Assembly: GCF_963921235.1 (NCBI RefSeq)
Contig: NC_086097.1
Coordinates: 97,342,001 to 97,406,000, forward strand
Direction of reading: 5' to 3'
DNA length: 64,000 nt
Source: Mobula hypostoma
Lineage: Eukaryota
Below are positions 13,652 to 26,639 of the stretch, piece by piece. Position numbers and translations under genes: made by a program. A model generated the notes under the pieces. The model was given only the letters and a program-made list of their open reading frames with translations, ran no database searches and was not told the DNA's origin. Within the stretch, counting starts at the first letter, position 1; every line of letters begins with the position of its first letter.

Positions 13652-13930
13652 AGCAGAGAGGAACGAGGAAGCTAAGTGCAGAGGAGGAGGAAGGAGAGGA
13701 GAGAGGGAGAGAGGAATGGTGTCGAGTGGGCCTAGAAAGAAACAGATGGATTAGAGAGGAGGAGAGAAGGAGAGAGCGTGAGAGGGCAAAGTAGGAGGGG
13801 AGAGGGAGGTAGGTTTAAGTGGGGAGGGAAGAAGAGATGAGAGAGTGAGGAAGAACAGGAGCAGAGAGGGAAGGGAGGGCAGGAAGGAAGAGAGGGAATA
13901 AGGGAAGGGGAAGGAGAAAAAGGAAAAACA
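13652..13930. repeat. Polypurine/polypyrimidine low-complexity tract
   Basis: GA-rich on +, CU-rich in the CAPN3 pre-mRNA. Confidence 0.85.
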
Positions 13931-14877
13931 AAGTCATAAAAAGGCAGCAAGATACAGATGTAAGGACAAGAGACTATCAAATATTCAACCGATGAGAGAC
14001 AAAAGCGATGGAGAACGTGATATGAGAGAGAGAACTGAACATGGCATCTAAGTAGAACAAGATAACAAAGAAATAAATGAATAGATTCTCAAGGCTGAGA
14101 CAAAGATATCACAGGCGAGGGTGACATAGAGAAACCTGGTAAGGAAGAGTTGTTGATGGGAGGAATTCTGCACTCAGTCCTGGTTTGTGACTCCAGACCT
14201 GCCAATGACTGATTAAACCTTCCCGGCTCAGCTCAACTGGGGGTCGACAATGAATACTGGTATTGCCAATGACTCCAATGTCAATCCCATAAACAACTGC
14301 CTCATTACCAACCTGAATAGCAAAAGTCAGAGATTTGGACTTCTGGCCTCACTAAATGGTTACTACCCATCGCAGTCCTGGGGTTTGGTCTATAGTATTA
14401 CCTTCTTCGCACCATGTTCAAATAGTGAAGCAGTATTTGTGACCTGGCATCAAAAAGTCACTGGCAGTGAGTGGGGGGTATGAATTTCACATGAAGTGGG
14501 TGCAGAGTCTGTAGGGCAAATCAGACAAAGTGAATGAATTGCCTCCCTGACAAACAATCTGGCAGTACTTCGCCTTAAAGCCACTGGAGGCACAAAAATG
14601 GTCCAATCTGTGAAATTTCAGTTAAGTCCAAATACAAACCCTTTCAATTCGTCTGTCCAAGGCCGGGCAAGGGGAGTGCATTGGACAAAGGCCAGATGAA
14701 TGCCGGAATTTGTGAGGGGTGTGGGGAGGGAGAGGGAACTGGATTAGGAGCAGGAAAGACAGCGGGATTGATCTGGGGTGGTGAAGGAGCAGAGGTGATC
14801 AGCTGTGCTTGATTGGGAGAGTAAGGCAGGAGGCCTGAAGATGAGATGTTGGAGGAGGAGAGGAACCAGTCGACAGC

Positions 14878-17862
14878 AGGTTGCTTGTTGGAAGTGGGAT
14901 TGGTGTTGTGGGGGGGAACAGACTGACAGCGTCCTGGTTGCAGGTGGGATTGGTGTTCGGGGTGTGGGGTGAGGGGGAACAGACAAACAGATTGCTTGTT
15001 GGAGGTGGGATTGGTGTTGTGGGTGGGGAACAGACACACAGATTACTTGTTGAAAGTGGGATTGGTGTTGTGGGGTGGGGAACAGACTGACAGATTGCTT
15101 GTTGAAGGTGGGATTGGTGTTGTGGGGGGGAACAGACTGACAGCTTCCTGGTTTCAGGTGGGATTGATGTTGTGGGTGCGGGGGGAGGGGGAACAGACAG
15201 ACAGATTGCTTGTTGGAGGTGGGATTGGTGTTGTGGGGTGGGGAAACAGACAGACAACTTGCTTGTTGGAGGTGAGATTGGTTTTGTGGGTGGGGGAACA
15301 GATAGACAGATTGCTTGTTGGAGGTGGGATTGGTGTTGTGGGTGGGGAACAGACTGACAGACTGACAGATTGCTTGTTGAAGGTGGGATTGGTGTTGTGG
15401 GGGGTAACAGACTGACAGCTTCCTTGGAGGTGGGATTGGTATTGTGGGGGGAGGGAACAGACAGACAGATTGCTTGTTGGAGGTGGGATTGGTGTTGTGG
15501 GTGGGGAAACAGACAGACAGATTGCTTGTTGGAGATGGAATTGGTTTTGTGGGGGGGAACAGATAGACAGATTGCTTGTTGCAGGTGGGATTGGTGTTGT
15601 GGGTGGGAAACAGACAGATAGATTGCTTGTTGGAGGTGGGATTGGTGTTGTGGGTGGGAAACAGACAGATAGATTGCTTGTTGGAGGTGGGATTGGTGTT
15701 GTGGTGGGGGGGAACAGACAGACAGACTGCTTGTTGGAGGTGGGATTGGTGTCGTGGGTGGGGAACAGACTGACAGATTGCTTCTTGAAGGTGGGATTGG
15801 TGTTGTGGGGGGGGAACAGACTGACAGCTTCCTGGTTTCAGGTGGGATTGATGTTCTGGGTGCAGGGGGAGGGGGAACAGACAGAGAGATTGCTTGTTGG
15901 AGGTGGGATTGGTGTTGTGGGTGGGAAACAGACAGATAGATTGCTTGTTGGAGGTGGGATTGGTGTTGTGGTGGGGGGGGAACAGACAGACAACTTGCTT
16001 GTTGGAGGTGGGATTGGTGCTGTGGGGGGGAGGAACAGACTGACAGATTGCTTGTTGGAGTTGGGATTGGTGTTGTGGATGGGGTGGGGGAACAGACAGA
16101 CAGATTGCTTGTTGGAGGTGGGATTGGTGTTGTGGGGTGGGGAAACAGACAGACAAATTGCTTGTTGGAGGTGGGATTGGTGTTGTGGGTCGAGAACAGA
16201 CAGACAGATTGCTTGTTGCAGGTGGGATTGGTGTTGTGGGTGGGTAAACAGACAGGCAGATTGCTTGTTGGTGGGATTGGTTTAGTGGGTGGGGAAACAG
16301 ACAGACAAATTGCTTGTAGGAGGTGGGATTGCTGTTGTGGGTGGGGAACAGACTGACAGCTTCCTTGGAGGTGGGATTGGTATTGTGGGGGGAGGGAACA
16401 GACAGACAGATTGCTTGTTGGAGGTGGGATTGGTGTTGTGGGTGGGGAAACAGACAGACAGATTGCTTGTTGGAGGTGGGATTCGTTTAGTCGATGGGGA
16501 AACAGACAGACAGATTGCTTGTTGGAGGTGGTATTGGTTTTGTGGTGGGGGAACAGATAGACAGATTGCTAGTTGGGGGTGGGATAGGTTTTGTGGGTGG
16601 GGAAACAGACAGATTGCTTGTTGGGAGTGGGATTGGTGTTGTGGGTGGGGGGGAACAGGCAGTTAGATTGCTTGTTGGAAGTGGGGTTGGTGTTGTGGGT
16701 GGGGTAAACAGACAGATTGTTGCAGGTGGGATTGGTGTTGGGGGGGAACAGATAGACAGATTGCTGGTTGCAGGTGGGATTGGTGTTGTGGGTGGCAGAA
16801 ACAGACAGATTGCTTGTTGGGGTGGGATTGGTGTTGTGGTGAGGGGGAACAGACAGACAGATTGCTTGTTGGAGGTGGGATTGGTGTTGTGGGTGGGGAA
16901 CAGACAGACAGGTTGCTAGTTTGGGGTGGGATTGGTTTTGTGGGTGGGGAAACAGACAGATTGCTTGTTGGGGTGGGATTGGTGTTGTGGGTGGGGGGAA
17001 TAGACAGTCAGATTGCTTGTTGGAGGTGGGATTGGTGTGGGTGTCGGGGAAGGAGACTGACAGATTGCTTGCTGGAGGTGGGATTGGTGTCGTGGGTGGG
17101 GAACAGACTGACAGTTTCCTTGTTGTAGGTGGAATTGGTGTTGTGGGTGGGGAACAGACTGACAGATCGCTTGTTGAAGGTGGGATTGGTATTGTGGGGG
17201 AGAACAGACTGACAGCTTCCTTGTTGGAGGTGGGATTGGTGCTGTTGGTGGGGGGGAACAGACAGACGGACTGCTTGTTGGAGGTGGGATTGGTGTTGTG
17301 GGGGAGAACAGACTGACAGCTTCCTTGTTGGAGGTGGGATTAGTATTGTGCGGGGAAACAGACAGACAGATTGCTTGTTGGAGGTGCGATTGGTGTTGTG
17401 GGTGGGGAACAGACTGACAGATTGCTAGTTGGAGTTGGGATTGGTGTTGTGGGTGTGGAAACAGACAGACAGACAGATTGCTTATTGGAGGTGGGATTGT
17501 TGTTGTGGGTGGGGAACACACAGACAGATTGCTTGTTGGAGGTGGGATTGGTGTTGTGGGTGTGGGGGAAACAGACAGACAGATTGCTTGTTGGAGGTGG
17601 GATTGGTGTTGTGGGTGTGGGGGAAACAGACAGACAGATTGGTTGTTGGAGGTGGGGTTGGTGTTGTGGGTGGGGTAAACAGACAGGTTGCTTGTTGGAG
17701 GTGGGGTTGGTGTTGTGGGTGTGGGGGAAACAGACAGACAGATTGCTTGTTGGAGGTGGGGTTGGTGTTGTGGGTGGGGAACAGACAGACAGATTGCTTG
17801 TTGGAGGTGGGCTTGGTGTTGTGGGTGGGTTGGGGGGGGCAAACGGGCTGACAGATTGCTTA
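14878..17862. repeat. ~3-kb G-rich minisatellite with a ~50-bp unit, roughly 55-60 copies
   Basis: Unit gattgcttgttggaggtgggattggtgttgtgggtggggaacagacagaca with variants; lies in the intron after exon 5. Confidence 0.95.
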
Positions 17863-18630
17863 GAGGCAAGAATAGACAATACTTCATTTACCATGCACGG
17901 CTCTCAGCTTGGCATGATATTGTGAAGGTGACCCACAACCCCACACATCCAAGATGCTTTCAATCCTTCAAAGTGGAACGTTGCAGAGGGAACGTCAGCA
18001 CTCCATACATCACTGATCTGGAAACGACTTCCTGGAAGTCATCAGGGAACTGAAAGCAATGATGATCTGGCACAGAAGAGATTAGATCTGGGGAAGGCCC
18101 AGCATGATCATATTGAATTTCAGGGAAGGGTCAAAGTGCTGGTGGTTCACTCTTTCTCTTATTCCTTATGTTCATATAAAATGGCCTGAGCTGAACTTCA
18201 CTTGTGAAAAAATATCAGTCTTCGATTTCATTGTGCTGGGATTGAAACAGTGTTATGTAGACCAATGTTGATGAAATAAAAGCAGAAATTATTCATCAGT
18301 TCAACCAGCATCTGTGGAGGGAGAAGCAGTATCAGCATCTCAGTTATGACATGATACTTCTAGCTGTCTCACAGTTACAGTAAGGAATTCTGTCAGAAGG
18401 GTCACCACGTCAGGAATGTTTATGAACCTAAAATAAAAACAAAACGTGCCGGAAATCCTCAGCAGGTCCATGGGAAGAGAAACAGAGTGATTGTTTCAAG
18501 CTGAAGATCCTTTGCTAGAATGCCTAGGAATTGGTAGCATGCAATTCATGTGAAGCATTAGTCAGAAGAAGGTAGGATGAATGAATGAATTTCTAACTAG
18601 GCAGAACCAGTTAGAAATTTACAAACTTAC

Positions 18631-18799
18631 ATCAATGGAGCAGGCCATGAGGGACCCTCTTTCTGTCGCCTTTTTCATTATCTTGTACATATCTTTGGGG
18701 GCTCCCCTCATCTCAAAGAACTCAGTGACTCCGCCGGTGAAATCCTCCATTGCTTCGGTTGTGTTTCCACCTTTCAGAGCCTCGTAGGATCCATGCAAC
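18631..18799 (-). CDS. CAPN3: Calpain-3 exon (exon 5 equivalent)
   Basis: attcag|GTTGCAT...ATTGAT|gtaagt; 169 bp; [56 protein letters not shown]. Confidence 0.97.
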
Positions 18800-19639
18800 C
18801 TGAATGCGATAAAGAGAACACAAGGTGAGACTGTGCTCCTCCCTCTTGTTGTCAACATCCCTTCTCCAATTCATTATATTTATGATATAGAAGGGTACAG
18901 TATTTGACTCACCATCCATGCTGCCTCTCAGAACAATCCCATCAATCTCACACCTCCACTAATTTTCCCCGTGACCTATTCTTCCCACACTCCCATCTAC
19001 CCCTCACCTATACACTCAGGGCAAGTTACAGTGGCTAATTAGCTTAGCAATAAGCACTCTTTCTTGATTATGGATTAAACTGGAACTCCTAGGTGAAACC
19101 CATGCTGTCACAGGGAGAATATGAAAACTACACCTACACCGAGGTCAGGATTAAACCCAGGTTACCTCTTCAGTCCTGAAGAAGGGTGTCGGCCCAAAAT
19201 GTCACCTGTTTAGTCATCTGCGTGGATGGCACCTCACCTGCTGAGTTCCCCCAGCATTTTGTGTGTGCTGCTGGAGCTGTGTGGTAGCATTGCTCCTTTC
19301 GAGCCATCGCACTAATTATCTCACCTTTCCTACTGACGCCACTTGGTCCTTGCCGAGTGGAGATTCCAAAGCCTGAGTTTCACTTCTAGAGGATGAGAGC
19401 TGGGAAGTTTTTGATTAGAGCAAGGAAATAGCTGAGTTTGTAACAAACATCTAGATTGGGAGCAGCAAGAAGTCACTCTGCCCCCTGATCCCACTCTAAC
19501 TTCAATAAAATGTGATTTTAGCCTCAATTTAGCCTTGCCATCCCTTCCCTCTCACCACCTTGCCTACCCAGATACAATATACATCTTGTCTGCTTCCTCT
19601 GCTCCCACACCAGTACCAATGCACTTTACTCCTTTTATC

Positions 19640-20148
19640 ACAGGAAAGCACTTCAGTGGGTCGTCTCTAGTGCACAGAAGATCATCGGGACACAGCTGCC
19701 AGCCCTGGAGGACACCAACAGCTCACACTGCCTAAGGAAAGCTACAAGCGTCTGTAAGGACAATACACACCCATGCAATCATCTGTTTGAACTTCTTCCA
19801 TCTGGCAGACGTTATAAGACTTTCTATGCCCGCACTTCCAGACTGAAAAATAGCTTTTCCCCCAGAGCTATAATTGCTCTGAACCAATCGATCAAGCATC
19901 ATCCATAAATGGTTATATTGCTACTTTAATATTGGTTTTATGGCTGTCATGCATCTGAGTTGTGCTTTTGTACTGCTGGACATTGCTTGTACTGGCTGGT
20001 TACTTGATTTTATTTATTGTTTATTTATTTTAATTGTTGTTTTATAGCATTGAGTACGAGAGTTGCAAACTCATTTTTGCTGTATTGGTGCATGACAAAT
20101 TGTACTATGCAATGACAATAAAGATATTTCATTCATTCATTCATTCAT
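19640..20148 (+). mobile_element. Rex-type LINE 3' end with (TTCA)n tail
   Basis: HPCNHLFELLPSGRRY-like C-terminus; aataaa followed by ttcattcattca. Confidence 0.6.
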
Positions 20149-20902
20149 AAGTTGCCAGTCAGAGAGTTTATGCCTCCCCTCTGTTACCCATGGTGTCACA
20201 CAAGCAACCAGTTTACATATTAAATCTTGGCTTTAATGTTAGCTGTGGGATGTACACAATATTCTCTTGACTTGCTTTTACAGCTGCACGGAACAACCAT
20301 TGCTCTGAGCAGAAAGTTTTTACACAGCCGGAAAACTGCGCAGCACAAGTGCTATTATGTAAAAGAAAATTCCAGCTGCGTGACAACAAAGACGATGTGT
20401 GCACAACAGTGTTTCAGTTACTGCGCGGCCACACACCCACACAGCTTAGGAGGACGGTGGATGGACACATTCAAAAGCGAAAGCATTTTGGCTGAAAGTA
20501 CATGTGATGACTCAGTGGGGTTTCCTGGAAAGAAACCAGTGCTCCTCAGTATTTGGGAGAGCAGTGATAGCCCTGGGAACCTTCAGCAAGGTGCTTCAGT
20601 CATAGGCAAAATCCATTGGACTGAAACGTATGCTGGGAAAAGCCAGCCATTCCATGATGACAGCAGGGCCTTTCTCCCAAATAAGGAAGAATAGCAGAAG
20701 GAGAAGGCGAGAGGACAACTCTTTGTTTCAACCGGTCTTGTTTTATTGTGTTGAATTGTTTTTAAGCACCTTGCTTTAATTTGTTTGAATGTTAACTATT
20801 ATATTATTTAATTGATACTTAATATGTTGAACTGTCTTGAAGCATTTTACTTTTTTTCCTTTATAACTACTTATTTATCATTTAATTGATCTTTAATATG
20901 CT

Positions 20903-22935
20903 CAGGCAGAATGTTCTGTCCTCAGCAAATACCTTGCGTTGTCCTCCATTTCCAAGCCCTCTTCTTTGGTCTGTGAGGCAGACGTCTGATCCTCATTAAG
21001 GGCCTTACTAATATCCCCCCCTGCCCACACATTAGTGAGTTCTGTGACCGCCACGGCGCCAAGCTCTTCTTCCATCGCCTCCATCTCCGAACCCATTCCT
21101 TTGGCAAGGATTCCCCACCCTGCGCTGTTGACCCTTTACCTGTCTCCAATCCTACTCCTCTTCTTGGACACCCCAGTCTGGCTCTCTGTCTACTCAGGAT
21201 CTTTTCATCCGTAATTGCCAACAAGACAGCTGGACTTGGTCACCCCTCTCTCCTCCTTGAACCTTAGCTCTTCTGAATGCACTTATCTCCACTCTCTCTG
21301 CACTGTCCCTCCATCAAAAGGCCTTAAAGCTCTCCGCTTCTTTCTCAACAAAACACCAACCAGTCCACCTCTACCCCTGCCCTCCTCCATCTGACAGAAC
21401 TGGTTTTCACCCACAATAATTTCTCCTTCAGCTCCTCCCACTTTCTCCAAATCCAAGGTGTAGCCATGGGCACCCACATGGGCCCCAGCTATGCTTGCCT
21501 TTTCATTGGCTATGTAGGACAGTCCATGTTCCAATCCTTCCCTGGTAATGCTCCCCAAATCTTCTTGTGCTTCATTGGTGGCTGTATTGGTGCTGCTTCA
21601 TGCACCCTGGCTGAGTTTATCAAGTTCATCAACTTTGCTTCCAACTTCCACCATGCCCTTAAATTCACTTGGTCCATTTCTGACACCTGTCTCCCCATTC
21701 TCAATCTCTCTGTCTTCTTCTCTGGAGACAAACTGTCTACAGATAACTTATACAAACTTCCCGATTCCCAGGGCTATCGTGACTATACTTCTTCCCACCC
21801 TGTCTCCTGTAAAAATGCTATTCCCTTTTTCAGATCCCAAGATGAGGTTGTCCTTTACGGGACATCAGAGATGTCTTCCTTCTTCAAAGAACAGGGTTTT
21901 CCTTCCTCCATTGTTGATGCTGCCCTCACCTGCATCGTCTCCATTTCCTAGGCATTAATGCTCAGCCCATCTTCGTGCTGACTTAATAGGGTTAGAGTTC
22001 CTCTTGTCCTCACTTATCACCCAATGACCCTCTGCATCCAACACATCATCCTCTGTAAATTCCTCCATCTTCAGGGATCCTACCAAGAAACACATCTTTA
22101 CCTCCCCTTCCTCACTCTCTACTTTCCACAGGGATCACTCCCTCCATGATTCCCTTGTCCAGTTGTCCCTCGCCACTAATCTCCCTCCTGGCACATGTCC
22201 CTGCAAGCGACAGAAATGCTACACCTGCCCATTCGCCTCCTCCCTCACCTCCATTCAGGTCCTTAAACAGTCCTTCCAGGTGAGGAACACTTCACCTGCA
22301 AATCTTTTGGGGTCACCTATAGTAACCCCAATGCAGTCTCATCTACAGTGGTGAGGCCTGATGTAGATTGGGGGACCACTTTGTCGAGCACCTTCACTCC
22401 ATCTGCCAAGATCGGAATTTCTTGGTAGCCAATCATTTTAATTCCTATCCCCGTTCTGCTTCCAACATGTTGGTCCATTGCCTCCTTTATTGCCACAGTG
22501 AGGCCACTCTCAGGGTGGAGGTGGAACATCACATATTCCATCTAGATAGTCTCCAACCTATGACATGGACACTGATTTCGCCTTCCGGTAATTTTTCCCC
22601 ATCCCCTTCCCTCGTCTTCAGTTCCCCACTCTGATTTCTTACATCTTCTGCTCACTTGCCTATCACCTCCCTCTGGTGTCCCCCCTTCTTCCCTTTCTCC
22701 CATGATCCACTTTCCACTTTCTTCTCCTGTCAGATTCCTTCATCGCCCTACCTCTACCTTCCCCCCACCTATCACCTTCTAGCTATCCTCCTTCCCCCCC
22801 CCACCTTTTTATTCCGGCATCTTCCCCCTTCCTTTCCAGTCCAGATGAAGGGTCTCGATCCAAGATGTCAACTGTGTATTCATTTCCATAATGCGGCCTG
22901 ACTTGCTGAGTTCCTCCAGCATTTTGTGAGTGTTG
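20903..22935 (+). mobile_element. Older Penelope-like (Neptune-type) copy with RT and GIY-YIG remnants
   Basis: GVAMGTHMGPSYACLFIG RT motif, CPCKRQKCYTC linker, GIY-YIG remnant, decayed hammerhead at ~22838-22875. 12-bp TSD ctttaatatgct at 20891-20902 and 22936-22947. Confidence 0.85.
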
Positions 22936-23410
22936 CTTTAATATGCTGAATTACTTTTAAACATCCATGTTAAATTTCTTTATGATCTTAGATGAATGTT
23001 TTATAATTGTACATTATTATTTAATAAATGTTTAATCACTTTTGAATGATGTGAGGAAGAGATGTTAAGATCCCAGCTGAATGTTATAAAATAGTAAATT
23101 ATTTTATTATTTCATTTATTTTCAATCCCTTTTAAATGTTAAAATAGATTATCTTGGTCAGAGCTCATCCTGGGACACAGCTCAGCCCACAGTGTGACAG
23201 CACTGCATCAGGCAAGGCTCTGCCCCTTGCACAGGCCCCCACTGTTTTCCATTTGGTTGGCTTTGGGCAGCAACCTTATATTGGTGGATCTGGAAGTATA
23301 ATTCTGTGGTTAGTATGTAGCAGACTGTGAGGGTTTGGTCTGTAGCAGAAAAATCAAGTTGAACAAGGCAGCCAATCACAGCCAAGCTCATGGTGCGGGC
23401 CGGTACTCAC

Positions 23411-23544
23411 TTGGCATAGGCCTTCTCCAGTAGGGCACTCCAGAACTCGTTGCGCTCAGCTGATTTGGTGAATACCAGATGGTTGTTGAATGTAGGGATT
23501 CGATCATCAATGACAACATCCACCCACTCACCGAAACGCCAGAA
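23411..23544 (-). CDS. CAPN3: Calpain-3 exon (exon 4 equivalent)
   Basis: ttgcag|TTCTGG...GCCAA|gtgagt; 134 bp; [45 protein letters not shown]. Confidence 0.97.
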
Positions 23545-24352
23545 CTGCAAGGGACAATGGAGCAAGGATGGTGAGAGAGGGATGGAGCTCCCAGTTCCTG
23601 CTGCCATTGATGTGGGCCTAAGGTGTCCCACTCCAACTATCCAGGGGCACACACAGAATCTGTAGCAACACAGACCGCACCCACACTACGGCCATTCAAG
23701 TTAAGGAAGATCAGCCTGATGGAATTCACAAATCATAACCCCATAAACTAAATTTCACAGAGTGCAAAACAAAGTCCTGTCACCCTTCCTCTTTGAGCTC
23801 AGACAAAGTCCTGGTAAATTTATATTGTGTTCCCTTTATCTCCTTCCTTCTTTACCACCGGTTACTAATTGTGCATTACCCTGACAAACCCGAAATACTC
23901 TTACATCTCCAGACTGAACAATACTCTATCTGATTTCCAGTCTTTACTGTTCTCTCCCCCGCCCCTGGCAGCTTCGAACATTGCTTCAAGCACTTAGGTG
24001 CTCAGGTGTGGTCTAACCACCACTGTTTCAGAATTGAACCTCCTTGTGGACTAACTGATGTGAAAGGTAACGTCCTATTTGGATTCTGGATTATTCTGTG
24101 TGCTTGAGCAAGACGATTCAGTAATGTATATATGCATGGGGTCTCCTCTGCGTTTGGACCTCCACTGCCTCTAGCCTTTGACCATTTGGCGGGTCATTTG
24201 CGTGCATTCTTCTTAGTCCCAGCGTGAATGATGTCCTACACCAAAATCCACTGACACAGTTTGATCCATTTGTTTAATCTACCAGCATCATTTTGTAATT
24301 AATTACTGCCCCCCTCCCCCTACACATCAGTTACAGTACAGCTTTCTCTGAC

Positions 24353-24471
24353 CTGGAAATGGAAGATCCCAGCATAGTTCTCAGTGAAGTACTGATCCCT
24401 CGGGATGACGCGGTACAGCAGTTTCTCATTGAGGGTCAGGCAAGCAATGGCTGCCAGGAACCAGCAGTCAC
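24353..24471 (-). CDS. CAPN3: Calpain-3 exon (human exon 3 equivalent), contains the catalytic Cys
   Basis: tctaatcag|GT GAC TGC TGG...TTC CAG|gtcaga; 119 bp; translates (G)[39 protein letters not shown]. The 'AAIACLTLN' string is typical of CAPN3. Not in the ORF track; read by hand. Confidence 0.97.
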
Positions 24472-26639
24472 CTGATTAGAAACAAAAAGCGTCAGCATTC
24501 ATTGGCTCTAGACCCAGCCTGCAGAGGAACCATAATCCAAGATATGACTCTTGGGCAGTGTAAAATGTTTGGGAGGAACAGTTTTTCTTGGAGCTCTGCC
24601 CTAAAGATATCCACTTCCAAGGTTCTTCCTCCCCAATGGAAATGTGTAAATGTATTGATCAAGATTCATTGCTACATCAAGTCAAACATTTTGTGAGTAT
24701 CAGGATGATAAAATACTAACTCTTTCATCCAAAATGTTTAACCCAGCTCTCATTCACACCAAATGCAATTCTTCCATATGTAGTGATGACTTGGGCCTGA
24801 GCTTTGTGCTCGTAGGGTTAACACGACATTCTGTTTCTGGAATCATATTCTACCACAGGCCCTCAACACTTTGTGTGTAGTTTTTTTCATTAATTCTGTT
24901 ATTTCTTTGTTCTGCTGTGAATGCCTGCAAGACAAGAATCTCAGGGTAGCATATGGTGATATGTACCTAATTTGATAATAAATTTACATTGAACTTTGAA
25001 CTTTGAATAGTAGTTCCATGGATAGACCGGAGAACAACCCAAGCTTCTGCAGTCCATTTACAGAACTTATGCCCCTCATCATTCAAATCATATTTCCTGA
25101 AGTACTGAACATAATCCTCTAGTTGTGGTCATAGCAGTCTTTTATAAAGTCCATCATTGTTTCCTTGAATGCCCCCATGCTCTACTTATTAACCCATGGT
25201 TCCACGTTTCTCTTAACCATAACAACACAGTGGGCCTGCAGACAGATTTGCTGCCTCACAGAGCCAGTGATTCAAATTCAATCCTGACTTCCTGTGCTAT
25301 CTGAATAGAGTCATACCACACAGAAACAGCATGTTTCTATGCTGTATGGCCCCCATGGCCATGTGAAACATCAAATACCATAATCCAGACGTTAGTCTGT
25401 AGCCTTCAAGGCCGCAGCAATTTTAGTAGAGTTTGTTGAAGAAGTGACCAAGAAGATATATAAGTGTGGTAGACATTGTCTACATGGACTTTAGTAAGGC
25501 CTTTGACAAAGCACCACATCACACAGAATCCAGGACGAGCGAGCCATTTAGTTACAAATTTGTCATGATGGCAGGAGACAGAAGGTGGTGGTGGAGGCCA
25601 GTGGCCAGTGGTGTGTTGTAGAGATCAGTGCTGGGTCCAATGTTGTTTATTATTTATATGAATAATTTGGATAAGTAAGTAGGTAGTCTTGCTAGCAGGT
25701 TTGTGGATGACACTAAAATTGATGGTATAGGGGACAGTGATAAAGTTTATCAAAGATTACAACAGGATCTTAATCAACTGATAGAGGTTTAGATAGGTAC
25801 GTGGATGGTAGGGCTATAGATGGCTATGGACCCGGCGCAGGTCAATGGGAGTAGATAGCTTAAATAGTTTGGCATAGACTAGATGGGCCAAAGAGCCTGT
25901 TCCTGTGCTGTACTTTTCAACGACTCTATGTGTGTGACTATATGGGTTTCCACTGGATGTCCCAGTTCCTTCTACATCCAAAGACCTGTTGGTTGTTACG
26001 TTAATCACCTCAGGTGAAGGTGGCTGCTGGCAGAATCAGGGATTGATGGTCATGTTACAGGGAGATGTGGGAGGTTTGGGAGAGGTGATGCAAATGGGAT
26101 TGGGACTCTGAGAGTCAATATAGATCTGAAAAAACCAAATGATCTCCCAAATAATACAGCTTGTCTTGCCACTTTCAACAAAACTTTCATGTAGATCTCA
26201 CTGCTGTGCCATTTTGGTATTGTGTCCTCTACTTCATCTTTCTCATTCATCCTGCTAAGAGGTAACAAGTGCTAGTGAAATGGCTGCCGCAGTGCACTAG
26301 AGACCTAGGCTCGATCCTGGCCTGTGGTGCCATCAGTGCAGCTTGCATATGTTCCCTCTGATAGCATAACGCTCCTCCCATATTCAAAATCGCGCAGGTC
26401 AGGCTGTTGCAAAAAGTCTCTGGTGTGAGTGGCAGAATCTGGGAATGTGGTGAACAAAATGGGATTAGGGTAGGATTGGTACAAATGGGAACTTGATGGC
26501 TGATATAGAGTCAGTGGGCCAAAGGGCCTGTTTCTGTACTGTATGACTCTATGTCAAATTTCATCTGCCAATTCACAGGATTGGCTACGTCCTCCTGAAT
26601 TCTGCTCCACAGAATTCACTAAGCCTGGAACATGCAGGT

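Noticed and set aside
14644..18053. Many long ORFs (up to 470 aa) on both strands
   Set aside because: Products of the stop-poor minisatellite; no domain or splice context.
26575..26610. 'DWLRPPEFC', resembling the calpain WKRPPEIC exon 1/2 junction
   Set aside because: Wrong strand, no extension of similarity, and it sits at a SINE/CR1 boundary.
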